64,000 bases of DNA from Candidatus Omnitrophota bacterium (GCA_018400015.1 JAGYNB010000001.1:264124-328123); one strand, 5' to 3'. Shown: positions 48,338 through 57,479, numbered from the stretch's first letter. Numbers and translations are program-made. Notes: generated from the letters alone by a model not told the origin.

Positions 48338-48367
48338 TTGACAAATGATACTAATATGGTATCATTT
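48338..48367 (+). promoter_or_regulatory. Promoter overlapped by a palindromic operator (probable Rrf2 site)
   Basis: TTGACA at 48338, TATCAT at 48360; perfect inverted repeat AAATGATAC-N7-GTATCATTT at 48343-48367. Confidence 0.7.
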
Positions 48368-48384
48368 ATTAAGAGGAGGCCGAT

Positions 48385-48450
48385 ATGGATATAAACATCA
48401 GATACATGTTAAGGCCTGTAGCCCACTGTAAAGAAGGCTGCAGTATTTAG
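48385..48450 (+). CDS. Putative 21-aa leader peptide MDINIRYMLRPVAHCKEGCSI (not in ORF track)
   Basis: Strong SD GAGGAGG just upstream of ATG, immediately downstream of the promoter; CxxxC. Confidence 0.6.
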   Translation: MDINIRYMLRPVAHCKEGCSI

Positions 48451-48486
48451 TCCTGGGCAAGACATTAAACTGCCCAGCATTTAATC

Positions 48487-48909
48487 ATGAAACTTATCAC
48501 AAGACACACGGCTTATGCGGTGGGTGCTATACTTTTTGCCGCAAAAAGCAAGCAAGATATAATTTCTGTTGAGGAATTTTATAAAGGAACCCGTATTCCA
48601 AAAGCTTTTTTAAGAAAGATCCTGCAGATTTTGAGTAAGAGGAATATATTCAGTTCTTTTAAAGGCAAACAAGGCGGTTTTCGTTTAAGGAAAAATTCGA
48701 ATCAGATATCTTTAATAGATATAGCTGATATTTTCCAAGAAGGTTTGAAGATAAACGAGTGTTTTTTCAAGAAAAAACTTTGTGATAGCGAAAAGAATTG
48801 CGCCTTAAAAAAGAAAATCGATGACATAGAAAGAATGGTTGTAAAAGAATTAGAAAGTATTACAATAGCCTCTTTATTAAATTACAATAAAAGAAGGAGA
48901 TTAAAATGA
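48487..48909 (+). CDS. Rrf2 family transcriptional regulator
   Basis: [18 protein letters not shown]; three C-terminal Cys ([15 protein letters not shown]). Confidence 0.92.
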   Translation: MKLITRHTAYAVGAILFAAKSKQDIISVEEFYKGTRIPKAFLRKILQILSKRNIFSSFKGKQGGFRLRKNSNQISLIDIADIFQEGLKINECFFKKKLCDSEKNCALKKKIDDIERMVVKELESITIASLLNYNKRRRLK

Positions 48910-49127
48910 GAGAGAAAGTAGAAGCAGCTTTGAATATGATCAAACCGATATTACAGGCAGATGGAGGTAATGTTGAGCTTGTAGATGTAACAAGTGATGG
49001 AATTGTAAAAGTAAAATTAACCGGTGCCTGCGGAAGTTGCCCGATGAGTCAGATGACTTTAAAAATGGGCATAGAGCAGACCCTTAAAAAAGAAGTTCCT
49101 GAGGTTAAAGAAGTAATCTCGGTTTAA
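48906..49127 (+). CDS. NifU C-terminal (Nfu) Fe-S carrier
   Basis: [30 protein letters not shown]. Confidence 0.95.
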   Translation: MREKVEAALNMIKPILQADGGNVELVDVTSDGIVKVKLTGACGSCPMSQMTLKMGIEQTLKKEVPEVKEVISV

Positions 49128-49139
49128 CATGTTAATTTT

Positions 49140-49862
49140 ATGTTTTTCGAGATAAAAGACCTAACAGTTGAAGTTGAAGGTAAAACAATACTTAGAGATA
49201 TCAATCTTTCTATTGATAAAGATGAGGTTATGGTTCTTTTTGGTCCTAATGGAAGCGGGAAGACTACGCTTTTAAGGGCGATAATGGGTTTTGCTGGTTA
49301 TAAAGTAATTCAAGGTGAAATCATCTTTGAAGGCGAAAGAATAAATAATCTAACTATAGATGAGCGTGCCAGGCTTGGGTTAGGTATAATATATCAGCAC
49401 CCCGCGAGTATAAGGGGTGTAAAATTACATCAGATTGCCAGTTTTTTAACTAAAGATGATTCAAAAATAAAAGATCTCTCTCAGAGGCTGTCGCTTAGCA
49501 AGCATCTTGACAGAGACTTAAACCAGGGTTTTTCCGGAGGCGAGATGAAGCGGTCTGAGCTGTTTCAGATAATCCTGCAGGATTCTAAATTTCTCTGTCT
49601 TGACGAGCCGGAATCAGGAGTTGATATAGAAAATATTTCTATCATGGGTAAAGTTTTAGGCGAATATATTACCAAGTTAAAGAAATCCGCACTTGTAATA
49701 ACGCATACAGGATATATTCTAGATTATATAAATGCACAAAAAGGTTGTGTTATGATTGACGGGAAGCTTTGGTGTGTAGGCAATCCCAGACATATGTTTG
49801 AAAAAATCAAAGAGCTAGGCTATGAAAAGTGTAAAGACTGCCTCATCAGGAAAAGTACTTAA
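49140..49862 (+). CDS. sufC: SufC-like ATPase
   Basis: GPNGSGKT, RDLNQGFSGGEMKRSE, LDEPESGVD, ITHTG; C-terminal GYEKCKDC. Confidence 0.9.
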   Translation: MFFEIKDLTVEVEGKTILRDINLSIDKDEVMVLFGPNGSGKTTLLRAIMGFAGYKVIQGEIIFEGERINNLTIDERARLGLGIIYQHPASIRGVKLHQIASFLTKDDSKIKDLSQRLSLSKHLDRDLNQGFSGGEMKRSELFQIILQDSKFLCLDEPESGVDIENISIMGKVLGEYITKLKKSALVITHTGYILDYINAQKGCVMIDGKLWCVGNPRHMFEKIKELGYEKCKDCLIRKST

Positions 49863-50946
49863 TACTAATCTGAAAAAGAATGATGTAGAGATTATTTCCT
49901 CTTCGGGAATGGATTTTTCTCAAGATAAACGCTCTGGGAGTTTTCTGCAATCCGATAATAAAATAGAGTTTATGAATACTTTGTATGACGGCCTTGATAT
50001 TATCGATATGGAAACCGCCCTGAAGAAAATACCTGAGGCAAAGAAATACTATGCGCGGGCTTTCAAGGAGTTAAAAAGAGATTTCCCCAAAGGCACAAAA
50101 GGCGGTTATTTTATTAGGGTAAAAAAAGGGACTGTCTTAAAGTTGCCCATACAGGCATGCCTGTTTTTAAAACAAAAAGCCTTTAAGCAAAAGGTGCATA
50201 ATTTGATAATTATTGAGGAAGGTGCAAAAGTTTATCTTATAACTGGTTGTTCCGCATCTAAAAGCGCATTTCATGCACACCATTTGGGTATATCTGAATT
50301 TTTCGTGAAAAAGGGAGCTTATTTGAATTTTACAATGATACATTCCTGGAAAGAAGATACTTTTGTGAAACCGATGAGCATTGCTATTGTAGAAGAAGAT
50401 GCTACATTTATATCAAATTACATATCTTTAAAACCTGTAAAGGAAGTTCAGATGTATCCTACGGCAGTATTAAAAGGGAAATCTGCCAGAGCGAGTTTTA
50501 ATTCTTTAATACTTTCTCATCCAGGCTCTGTCCAGGATATAGGTTCACGGGTGATATTTAAAGCTAAAAATACTCAAGCCGAGGTGATTTCCCGGGCAAT
50601 AAGCCTGGGTGGAAAGGTTATTGCCAGAGGTCATTTAAAATCAGAAGTTCCTCAAGTAAAGGCGCATCTTGAGTGCCGCGGTTTGATCTTGTCAGAAAAA
50701 GGGACTATACATGCTATTCCTGAAATGGAATCAGATTATAGAGATGTGAACATGTCTCATGAGGCAGCAATTGGAAAAATCAATAAAGAAGAGATAGAAT
50801 ATCTTTGTTCCAGGGGTTTTACGAGAAATCAAGCGCAATCAATTATAGTAAGAGGTTTTATGGATGTTGATGTTTTAGGTCTTCCTCAAGAGTTGAAGCA
50901 GGGAATAGAAGATTTAGAGAACAAAACTCTTCAGTCAAGTTTTTAG
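49822..50946 (+). CDS. sufB: SufB/SufD family Fe-S scaffold
   Basis: QKVHN, ITGC, HLGISEF, HLECRGL, HAIPE, SHEAAIGKI...YL.SRG, IVRGF. Confidence 0.88.
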   Translation: MKSVKTASSGKVLNTNLKKNDVEIISSSGMDFSQDKRSGSFLQSDNKIEFMNTLYDGLDIIDMETALKKIPEAKKYYARAFKELKRDFPKGTKGGYFIRVKKGTVLKLPIQACLFLKQKAFKQKVHNLIIIEEGAKVYLITGCSASKSAFHAHHLGISEFFVKKGAYLNFTMIHSWKEDTFVKPMSIAIVEEDATFISNYISLKPVKEVQMYPTAVLKGKSARASFNSLILSHPGSVQDIGSRVIFKAKNTQAEVISRAISLGGKVIARGHLKSEVPQVKAHLECRGLILSEKGTIHAIPEMESDYRDVNMSHEAAIGKINKEEIEYLCSRGFTRNQAQSIIVRGFMDVDVLGLPQELKQGIEDLENKTLQSSF

Positions 50947-50949
50947 AAG

Positions 50950-51660
50950 ATGAATTCTTTTAAGGCAAAATTGGTTGAAAAAATAAAGCGGACTCCCACC
51001 ATAGAGAGTTTTAGGTTTTCTATAATTGATAAACTTTCTTTTTTGCCGGGTCAGTATATTCAGGTTATGTTTGATTCGAGTAATCCTGATAATACAAAAA
51101 TAAATAAATATTTATCAATTTCCTGTTCGCCGTCAAAGGACTATATTGAAGTTACTAAAAGGTTGAGCGAGAGTGATTTCTCGTATCGTTTAAGGTCTTT
51201 GAAAGAGGCAGATGAATTAAGCTTCTCAGGTCCTTTTGGCAATTGTGTTTTTAGGCCCGAGTTTGAGAAAATAGCTTTTCTCATAGGCGGGATAGGCATT
51301 ACTCCTGTAATTTCTATGCTTGAGTATGTTGCCGAAAAAAACCTTTCTACGGATAGCATATTATTGTATTCTAATAGAAGTACAGAAGAAGCAGCCTTTA
51401 AGGATGTTTTAGATGGCTTTAGCGGGCATTCAAAGAACATAAAAACTATTTTTACCGTAAGCGAAGAAAGTGTTCAAAATCAAGATTATTTATATGGGCG
51501 GATTGATAAGACAATGGTGGAAAGCTATATGCCTGATTTTCAGCAGAGAATATTTTTTATTTTTGGGCCAGGCGCCATGGTAGAAGCCATGGTAAAGATT
51601 TTAAAAGATTTAAAAGTGCAAGAAGCCAACATAAAAAAAGAAGTCTTTATCGGCTATTAA
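50950..51660 (+). CDS. FNR-family FAD/NAD(P)-binding oxidoreductase
   Basis: FLPGQY, GPFG, GGIGITP, LLYSNR, GRID, FGP. Confidence 0.88.
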   Translation: MNSFKAKLVEKIKRTPTIESFRFSIIDKLSFLPGQYIQVMFDSSNPDNTKINKYLSISCSPSKDYIEVTKRLSESDFSYRLRSLKEADELSFSGPFGNCVFRPEFEKIAFLIGGIGITPVISMLEYVAEKNLSTDSILLYSNRSTEEAAFKDVLDGFSGHSKNIKTIFTVSEESVQNQDYLYGRIDKTMVESYMPDFQQRIFFIFGPGAMVEAMVKILKDLKVQEANIKKEVFIGY

Positions 51661-51671
51661 AAGGAGGCTTT

Positions 51672-52064
51672 ATGAAGACTATAAAAGAATTATTTAACAG
51701 CGCAGATTGGAAATTGGAAAAACATGTTCCGGTGATTGAGGTCAAAGGCAGTATTAAAAAGAGCGAGAATATAAATTTTAGTGTGAGCGTAGGAAAAGAA
51801 ATTACACATCCCAACACAACCGAACATCACATAGTTTATATGGAGGTATATTTTCTTCCTGATGCGGAGAGAAACCCGTATCTTCTTGGAAGGGTGGATT
51901 TTTCTGCGCATGGCGCATCTGTAAAAGGGCCTAATACAAGCGGTGTTTATACTGCTGCGATGATTGAATTGAGTTTTAAAACAGATTCACCCGGTACGAT
52001 TTTAGCATATAGCTACTGTAATATTCACGGGCTTTGGGACAGTTCTTACGAATTAAAGTTCTAG
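51672..52064 (+). CDS. Superoxide reductase (neelaredoxin/class II)
   Basis: EKHVP, HPNTTEHHI, YCNIHGLW. Confidence 0.93.
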   Translation: MKTIKELFNSADWKLEKHVPVIEVKGSIKKSENINFSVSVGKEITHPNTTEHHIVYMEVYFLPDAERNPYLLGRVDFSAHGASVKGPNTSGVYTAAMIELSFKTDSPGTILAYSYCNIHGLWDSSYELKF

Positions 52065-52073
52065 GAGATTATT

Positions 52074-52940
52074 TTGGAAAATAAGCTTAAGCAAAAAATC
52101 ATAAATTTAGAAAATAACGAATTTACGGAATATCTTATCTACCAAAAAATTTCTAAATTAGTAAAGGATAAATCTCAATCGGAGGTTTTATCGCAGATTG
52201 CACAGGAAGAGTTAAAACACTGCGATATCTTTAAGTCTATCACTAAAGTAGAGCCAAAGCCGAAGCATTTAAAGCTGATTTTTTATGTTTTAACCGCGAG
52301 ATTATTGGGCCTTACTTTTGCTTTAAGGCTTATGGAATCCCAGGAAGGCTTAGCGCAAAGCACATATGAAAAAGTTAGTCAGATAGATTCGAGGATTGAA
52401 GAAATTATTAAAGATGAGAATAAGCATGAGAATGCACTTATTGATCTTATAAATGAAGACCGTCTTAAATATGTAAGTTCAATAGTGTTAGGTTTAAACG
52501 ATGCCTTGGTGGAATTAACCGGTGCATTGGTTGGATTTACCCTTGCGCTTCAGAATACCCGCCTTATTGCAATAGTCGGACTTATTACAGGGATAGCTGC
52601 TTCTATGTCTATGGCTGCTTCGGAATATTTATCCACAAAGCAGGAAAAGACCGACAAGAACCCCTTAAGGGCGAGTATCTATACAGGTTTTGCATATGTG
52701 TTAACGGTGTTATTTTTAGTTTTTCCGTACTTTTTATTGGAAAATGTAGTTTTATGTTTATTGTTGGTCATTTTCAATGCACTGCTGGTGATAGTTATAT
52801 TTACTTTCTATATTTCGGTTGCAAAGCAGTTATCTTTTAGAAAGCGTTTCTTAGAGATGGCTTCTATAAGCTTGACCATCGCCGGTATTAATTTTGTTAT
52901 TGGTCTAGGCATCAGAAAATTTTTCGGTATAGATATTTAA
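52074..52940 (+). CDS. Rubrerythrin-like domain fused to VIT1/CCC1 transporter
   Basis: EELKH and DENKHE di-iron motifs; VLGLNDALVE, SMAASEYLS; TTG start with SD AGGAG. Confidence 0.9.
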   Translation: MENKLKQKIINLENNEFTEYLIYQKISKLVKDKSQSEVLSQIAQEELKHCDIFKSITKVEPKPKHLKLIFYVLTARLLGLTFALRLMESQEGLAQSTYEKVSQIDSRIEEIIKDENKHENALIDLINEDRLKYVSSIVLGLNDALVELTGALVGFTLALQNTRLIAIVGLITGIAASMSMAASEYLSTKQEKTDKNPLRASIYTGFAYVLTVLFLVFPYFLLENVVLCLLLVIFNALLVIVIFTFYISVAKQLSFRKRFLEMASISLTIAGINFVIGLGIRKFFGIDI

Positions 52941-52958
52941 TTAAACAAGGAGGATATA

Positions 52959-53135
52959 ATGGGACCTGTCGAAGCATTGAAAATAGCTCTTTCTAAGGAA
53001 GAAAGCTCCGTAGAGTTGTATACCAGACTTTCAACACAAGCGCCGGCAGCTCGTGATATTCTTCTTTTTTTAATTGAAGAAGAGCAAAAACATAAACATC
53101 TGATTGACAAAAAAATAGCAGAGTTAACAACCTAA
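52959..53135 (+). CDS. 58-aa half ferritin/rubrerythrin-like protein (not in ORF track)
   Basis: SD AGGAGG; MGPVEALKIALSKEESSVELY...LIEEEQKH; fills the gap between two operon genes. Confidence 0.82.
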   Translation: MGPVEALKIALSKEESSVELYTRLSTQAPAARDILLFLIEEEQKHKHLIDKKIAELTT

Positions 53136-53145
53136 AGGATAAACG

Positions 53146-53610
53146 ATGGTTAGTTTATCTATAGATGTGATCAAATTCTTCGAACGTCAGGGTTGCGTAT
53201 TGGTGGCGACTTTTTCTAGTGACGGCAGTATACATAATTCCTGTAAAGGCATTGTCAGGATTAACAAAAAAGGCGAAGTTTATATAATGGATCTTTATAA
53301 AGCAGTTACTTATAACAATCTTCAAAAAGATCATAGGATTTCCATAACGGCTTACAATGAAACTAAATTTACCGGATATAGCCTAAAGGGAAGAGCTAAA
53401 ATTCTTCCAGAAAGTGGCATAACAGCATCACTTTTAGATGATTGGAATAAAAGACTTACTTCAAGAATAGCCACAAGATTACTGGATAATATAAAAAGTA
53501 ATAATTCTTTAGCTCGACATCATGAAGCTCATTTGCCCAAGCCTAATTATTTAATTGTTATTCAGGTTGACGAAGTGGTTGATCTTGCTCCAAAAGAAGT
53601 GAAAATTTAG
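53146..53610 (+). CDS. Pyridoxamine 5'-phosphate oxidase-like FMN-binding protein
   Basis: LVAT...G.IH.SCKG, T..NL..D.RISI, GYSLKGRA. Confidence 0.75.
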   Translation: MVSLSIDVIKFFERQGCVLVATFSSDGSIHNSCKGIVRINKKGEVYIMDLYKAVTYNNLQKDHRISITAYNETKFTGYSLKGRAKILPESGITASLLDDWNKRLTSRIATRLLDNIKSNNSLARHHEAHLPKPNYLIVIQVDEVVDLAPKEVKI

Positions 53611-53619
53611 AGGTGTTTT

Positions 53620-54156
53620 ATGTTTGTTTTGGCAATTAATGCAAGTCCAAGAATAAACGGAAATACGGATATATTGATTGATAAGGTATTGGAGGGGTTT
53701 ATTTCTAAAGGCTGTGATAGCGAGAAAATATATCTTGATAAACTTAACATAGCAGCTTACCGCGATGATCTGCCGCAGGATGATTTTAATAATGTTTTAG
53801 AGAAAATTAAAGCTGCTGATATTTTGATTTTGGGCTCACCGATATATTTTGGCAGCATGACAGCTCAATTAAAAACATTGATCGATCGCTTTCAAAGCGT
53901 GTGGGAAGATAAAATATTCAGAGGGTTAAATTTTTCGCACAAGAGGCAAAAGGGTATTTTTATATCCGTTCAGGGTGATAAAAAAAGCTCATATTTCGAT
54001 AATGCAAGATCTATCATTAAAAACTTTTTTGCTGTTACGGGCATAGAATATTCTAATGAATTATTTTGTACTGAGTGCGAAGATAAGCAAGACGTTTTAA
54101 ATAATAATGATTTACTGCAAGAAGCTTTTGAAATGGGGAAAGACTTTTCATTTTAA
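53620..54156 (+). CDS. Flavodoxin-like (FMN_red / iron-sulfur flavoprotein) family protein
   Basis: NASPRINGNT, GSPIYFGSMTAQLKTLIDR; lacks the usual CxxCxxC. Confidence 0.85.
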   Translation: MFVLAINASPRINGNTDILIDKVLEGFISKGCDSEKIYLDKLNIAAYRDDLPQDDFNNVLEKIKAADILILGSPIYFGSMTAQLKTLIDRFQSVWEDKIFRGLNFSHKRQKGIFISVQGDKKSSYFDNARSIIKNFFAVTGIEYSNELFCTECEDKQDVLNNNDLLQEAFEMGKDFSF

Positions 54157-54170
54157 TAAAGGAGAATTTT

Positions 54171-54668
54171 ATGGAAAATAAGATTTCCGGAGCGGAGTTG
54201 TTAAATATCGCTGTTAGAATTGAAAATAATGGTTATGCTTTTTATGATCAGTTTGCTAAAAAGGCTAAAGATAACGCAGTAAACGCTATGCTTATTTATT
54301 TAAGAGACGAAGAAAAGAAACACTCGGATAAATTTAGCTATATGCTAGAAGAATTGCATAAAAAAGCTGGTCAAGAAAGCCTTTATACGCAGGAATACTC
54401 TGCTTATATAAAAAGTATTGCTTCAAAGCTAGTATTTTCTCAAGAAAATACAGGTATAGAGATTGCTCAAGAAATGAAAAGCGATAAACAGGCAATTGAG
54501 AAGGCGATTGAATTTGAAAAAGATTCTATCCGTTATTATAATGCGATGAAAGAAGCGGTTTCTGAAGGAGAAAAGAACGTATTGGAAGAAGTGGTACATG
54601 AAGAAGAGGTGCATCTTGAGAAATTATCAGGTTTATTGGCAGGTTTAGAGAATGCAGGAGGTGTTTAA
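54171..54668 (+). CDS. Ferritin-like / rubrerythrin family protein
   Basis: AVRIENNG..FY, EEKKH, AIEFEKDSIRYY, EEEVH. Confidence 0.9.
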   Translation: MENKISGAELLNIAVRIENNGYAFYDQFAKKAKDNAVNAMLIYLRDEEKKHSDKFSYMLEELHKKAGQESLYTQEYSAYIKSIASKLVFSQENTGIEIAQEMKSDKQAIEKAIEFEKDSIRYYNAMKEAVSEGEKNVLEEVVHEEEVHLEKLSGLLAGLENAGGV

Positions 54669-54905
54669 ATGAATAAGAATGTAATAGTGTATAGTACGCC
54701 TACATGTCCATATTGCGCGAAACTTAAAGATTTCTTAAAAGAAAATAATATTAATTTTACCGAATTTGATGTTTCTACTGATTTAACAGCAGCCCAGGAG
54801 ATGACTTCCAAGACAGGCCAGATGGGCGTGCCTGTTTTGGATATTGAGGGAGAAATTATTATTGGTTTTGATAAGGAAAAGATAAAATTCATTTTAGAAA
54901 TTTAA
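54669..54905 (+). CDS. Glutaredoxin (YruB/NrdH-like)
   Basis: YSTPTCPYC, GQMGVPV, GFD. Confidence 0.93.
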   Translation: MNKNVIVYSTPTCPYCAKLKDFLKENNINFTEFDVSTDLTAAQEMTSKTGQMGVPVLDIEGEIIIGFDKEKIKFILEI

Positions 54906-54924
54906 TAAAAAGGGAAACATAATT

Positions 54925-55869
54925 ATGCATATTTCTAAAGTTGCGGTTGTCGGTGTTGGCAGTGTAGGAAGCACGTTCGCTTATTCGCTGATGATTAGCG
55001 GCCTAGCAAGAGAAATAGTTTTAATTGACGCCAATAGGGAGCGCTTAATAGGCGAATGCATGGATTTAAACCACGGGGCGAGCTTTGTAAATCCGGTTGA
55101 TATTCATGAAGGTGATTATAAAGATTGTAAAGATGCTGATGTCGTGGTTGTTACTTTAGGAGCAAAACAAAGTCCGGGTCAGTCGCGGCTTGATTTAATA
55201 AAAACCAATGCCGGCATATTTAAAGAAGTGATTCCTAAAGTCGTAAAATATTGTAGGCAGGGGGTATTGTTGATTGTATCAAATCCCGTAGATATCCTCA
55301 CTTATCTTGCTTTGAAGATATCCGGAATCGAAAAAAATAGAGTTTTTGGTTCTGGTACAGTATTGGATAGTTCGAGGCTTAAGTATTCTATAAGTAAAAA
55401 CTGTAAAATTGATGCAAGGAATATCCATGCTTATATTATTGGAGAGCACGGTGATAGTGAATTGGTAGTATGGAGCCAGGCGAGCATTGCCGGAATGAAA
55501 ATTGCCGAATATTGTCCTAAGTGCAATAAGGCTTGTGATTATCACAAGAGGTTGAATAATATTTTTGATGAGGTTAAGAATTCCGCGTATGAGATTATTA
55601 AGCGCAAAGGCTCTACTTATTATGCCATAGGTTTATCTTTGGTTAAGATTGTGCAGGCAATAATAAGGGATGAAAATTCCATTCTGCCGGTTTCTAGTTT
55701 AATCGATGACTATTATGGGATAAAAGATGTTTGTTTTAGTCTTCCTTGCAAGGTTAACAGATCCGGAGTAGAAAAAGTTTTAAAGATAGAGTTGTCAAGT
55801 CAAGAACAGGTTCAGCTTAAAGAATCAGCGGATAAATTAAAGGGTATTATTGAATCGTTAGGTATATAA
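54925..55869 (+). CDS. ldh: L-lactate dehydrogenase
   Basis: GVGSVG; GAKQSPGQSRLDL (Gln at the LDH specificity position); NPVD; SGTVLDSSR; GEHGDS. Confidence 0.92.
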   Translation: MHISKVAVVGVGSVGSTFAYSLMISGLAREIVLIDANRERLIGECMDLNHGASFVNPVDIHEGDYKDCKDADVVVVTLGAKQSPGQSRLDLIKTNAGIFKEVIPKVVKYCRQGVLLIVSNPVDILTYLALKISGIEKNRVFGSGTVLDSSRLKYSISKNCKIDARNIHAYIIGEHGDSELVVWSQASIAGMKIAEYCPKCNKACDYHKRLNNIFDEVKNSAYEIIKRKGSTYYAIGLSLVKIVQAIIRDENSILPVSSLIDDYYGIKDVCFSLPCKVNRSGVEKVLKIELSSQEQVQLKESADKLKGIIESLGI

Positions 55870-55896
55870 GTTTCTATTAAGGGTTTAAGGTAAATT

Positions 55897-55926
55897 AAAA
55901 AGGCAGCTGTTTAGGCTGCCTTTTTT
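55897..55926. terminator. Bidirectional intrinsic terminator between ldh and glnA
   Basis: AAAAAGGCAGC-loop-GCTGCCTTTTTT between convergent genes. Confidence 0.9.
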
Positions 55927-55943
55927 GTTTGTTATTGCATGGT

Positions 55944-57479
55944 TTAAAGAAGCGGAAGATATTTTTTGATTTCGTGTTGGGTAATTTGGATTCTGTATTC
56001 TTCCCACTCCTTCCTTTTGTTAAACAGGAACCTGTTAAATATATGGTTTCCCAGAGTTTCTTTTACGAATTGGCTGTTTTCGGTCTCTAATATTGCCTCA
56101 AACAGGTTCCCCGGCAAAGATGTAAGGCCGCGTTTTTCTCGTTCTTCCATGGCCATGTGGTATATATTTGGTTCTACCGGATCGGGAAGAGGGTATTTTT
56201 TTTCGATTCCTTCTAAACCTGCAGTGAGCATTACAGCAAACGCAAGATATGGATTGCATGCCGGGTCAGGGCAGCGCAATTCTGCGCGTGTTGCTTTTTC
56301 ATTACCAGGTCTATACATCGGTACTCGTATGAGCGTGGTTCTGTTTTTCTGCGCCCAGGAAGCGTATACAGGGGCTTCGTATCCTGAGACAAGCCTTTTA
56401 TATGAGTTTACCCACTGTGCAGTTAGAGAACATATTTCCCTGGCGTGTTTTAGCTGTCCGGAAATAAAATATTTGGCAATGCTTGATAAATGATGTCTGT
56501 CTTTTTTATCATAAAATGCGTTTTTGTCTTTATTGAACAATGATTGATGTATATGCATTCCAGAGCCGTTAAAACCGAATAAAGGCTTTGGCATAAAAGT
56601 AGCGTATACGCCGTTTTGTTGGGCGATTTCTTTTATGACGTACTTACAGGTGATTACGTTATCTGCAGCTTTTAAAGCGCTGGTGTATTTGGGGTCTATT
56701 TCGTGCTGGCTGGGCGCTACTTCATGGTGCGTAGCTTCCATAGTAATACCCATTTCTTCAAGAGTTCTTACAGTTTTATTTCTTAATGTGTTAGCTAAAT
56801 CATTAGGTATTAATTCGAAATACGACCCTTCGTCGATTATTTCAGGATTTTTCTCTGATTTAAAATAAAAGTATTCTATTTCCGCTCCGATCATAAAATC
56901 AAACCCGATTTTTTTAGCTCTTGCAAGGGCTCTTTTGAGAACATGCCTTGGGTCTCCTGCGTAAGGGGTTCCGTTCGTGGTGAGTATATCGCAGAACATC
57001 CTGGCAACAGGGTAATCTTTTGTTGTCCAGGGTAGTATTTTAAAAGTTGATGGGTCTGGAAGAGCAATGATATCGCTTTCTTCAGCCTCGGCAAAACCGG
57101 TGACAGAGGAGCCGTCAAAACCTTTGCCGTGTTCAAGAGCATCTTTTAACTCTCCCTTAGTGATAGAGACGCATTTTAAGATGCCCAGGATATCTACAAA
57201 CCAAAGCTGTATTGTTCTTATATCGTTTTGGTCAACTATTCTTAGAATTTCTTTAATCGAGGTTTTGTCTGAGGTGGTTGGTAAAGATGAAAAATTTGAT
57301 TGTTTATATGTGACAGTATTAAATCCTTTTTGGTTTTCGATTTCCTCCAAGGCAATAATGTATTGTTTACCTACTTTTTCTGCCTTTAATGATCCGTGGT
57401 TTATGCGTTCTATCACGGCCTGTCTTGAGATCTTAAGTACTTTGGCAGCTTCTGTAGGGCTTAAAAAATCCTTTTTCAT
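55944..57479 (-). CDS. glnA: Type I glutamine synthetase with N-terminal HTH_17 (Xis/MerR-like) DNA-binding domain
   Basis: FDGSS, HHEVAPSQHE, FMPKP..NGSGMH, NSYKRL..GYEAP, ELRCPDP..NPYLA; N-terminus FLSPTEAAKVLKISRQAV...G.LKAEKVGKQYII; SD AGGAGG supports ATG 57479. Confidence 0.95.
   Translation of the reverse strand: MKKDFLSPTEAAKVLKISRQAVIERINHGSLKAEKVGKQYIIALEEIENQKGFNTVTYKQSNFSSLPTTSDKTSIKEILRIVDQNDIRTIQLWFVDILGILKCVSITKGELKDALEHGKGFDGSSVTGFAEAEESDIIALPDPSTFKILPWTTKDYPVARMFCDILTTNGTPYAGDPRHVLKRALARAKKIGFDFMIGAEIEYFYFKSEKNPEIIDEGSYFELIPNDLANTLRNKTVRTLEEMGITMEATHHEVAPSQHEIDPKYTSALKAADNVITCKYVIKEIAQQNGVYATFMPKPLFGFNGSGMHIHQSLFNKDKNAFYDKKDRHHLSSIAKYFISGQLKHAREICSLTAQWVNSYKRLVSGYEAPVYASWAQKNRTTLIRVPMYRPGNEKATRAELRCPDPACNPYLAFAVMLTAGLEGIEKKYPLPDPVEPNIYHMAMEEREKRGLTSLPGNLFEAILETENSQFVKETLGNHIFNRFLFNKRKEWEEYRIQITQHEIKKYLPLL

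Noticed and set aside
48385-48909. Stop-codon read-through (pyrrolysine) joining the uORF to rrf2, which share a frame
   Set aside because: A TAA follows the TAG six codons later, so amber read-through cannot reach rrf2.
57333-57479. Excisionase-like domain as a sign of a prophage or integrative element
   Set aside because: No integrase, att-like repeat, tRNA or phage gene nearby; the domain is in frame with glnA.
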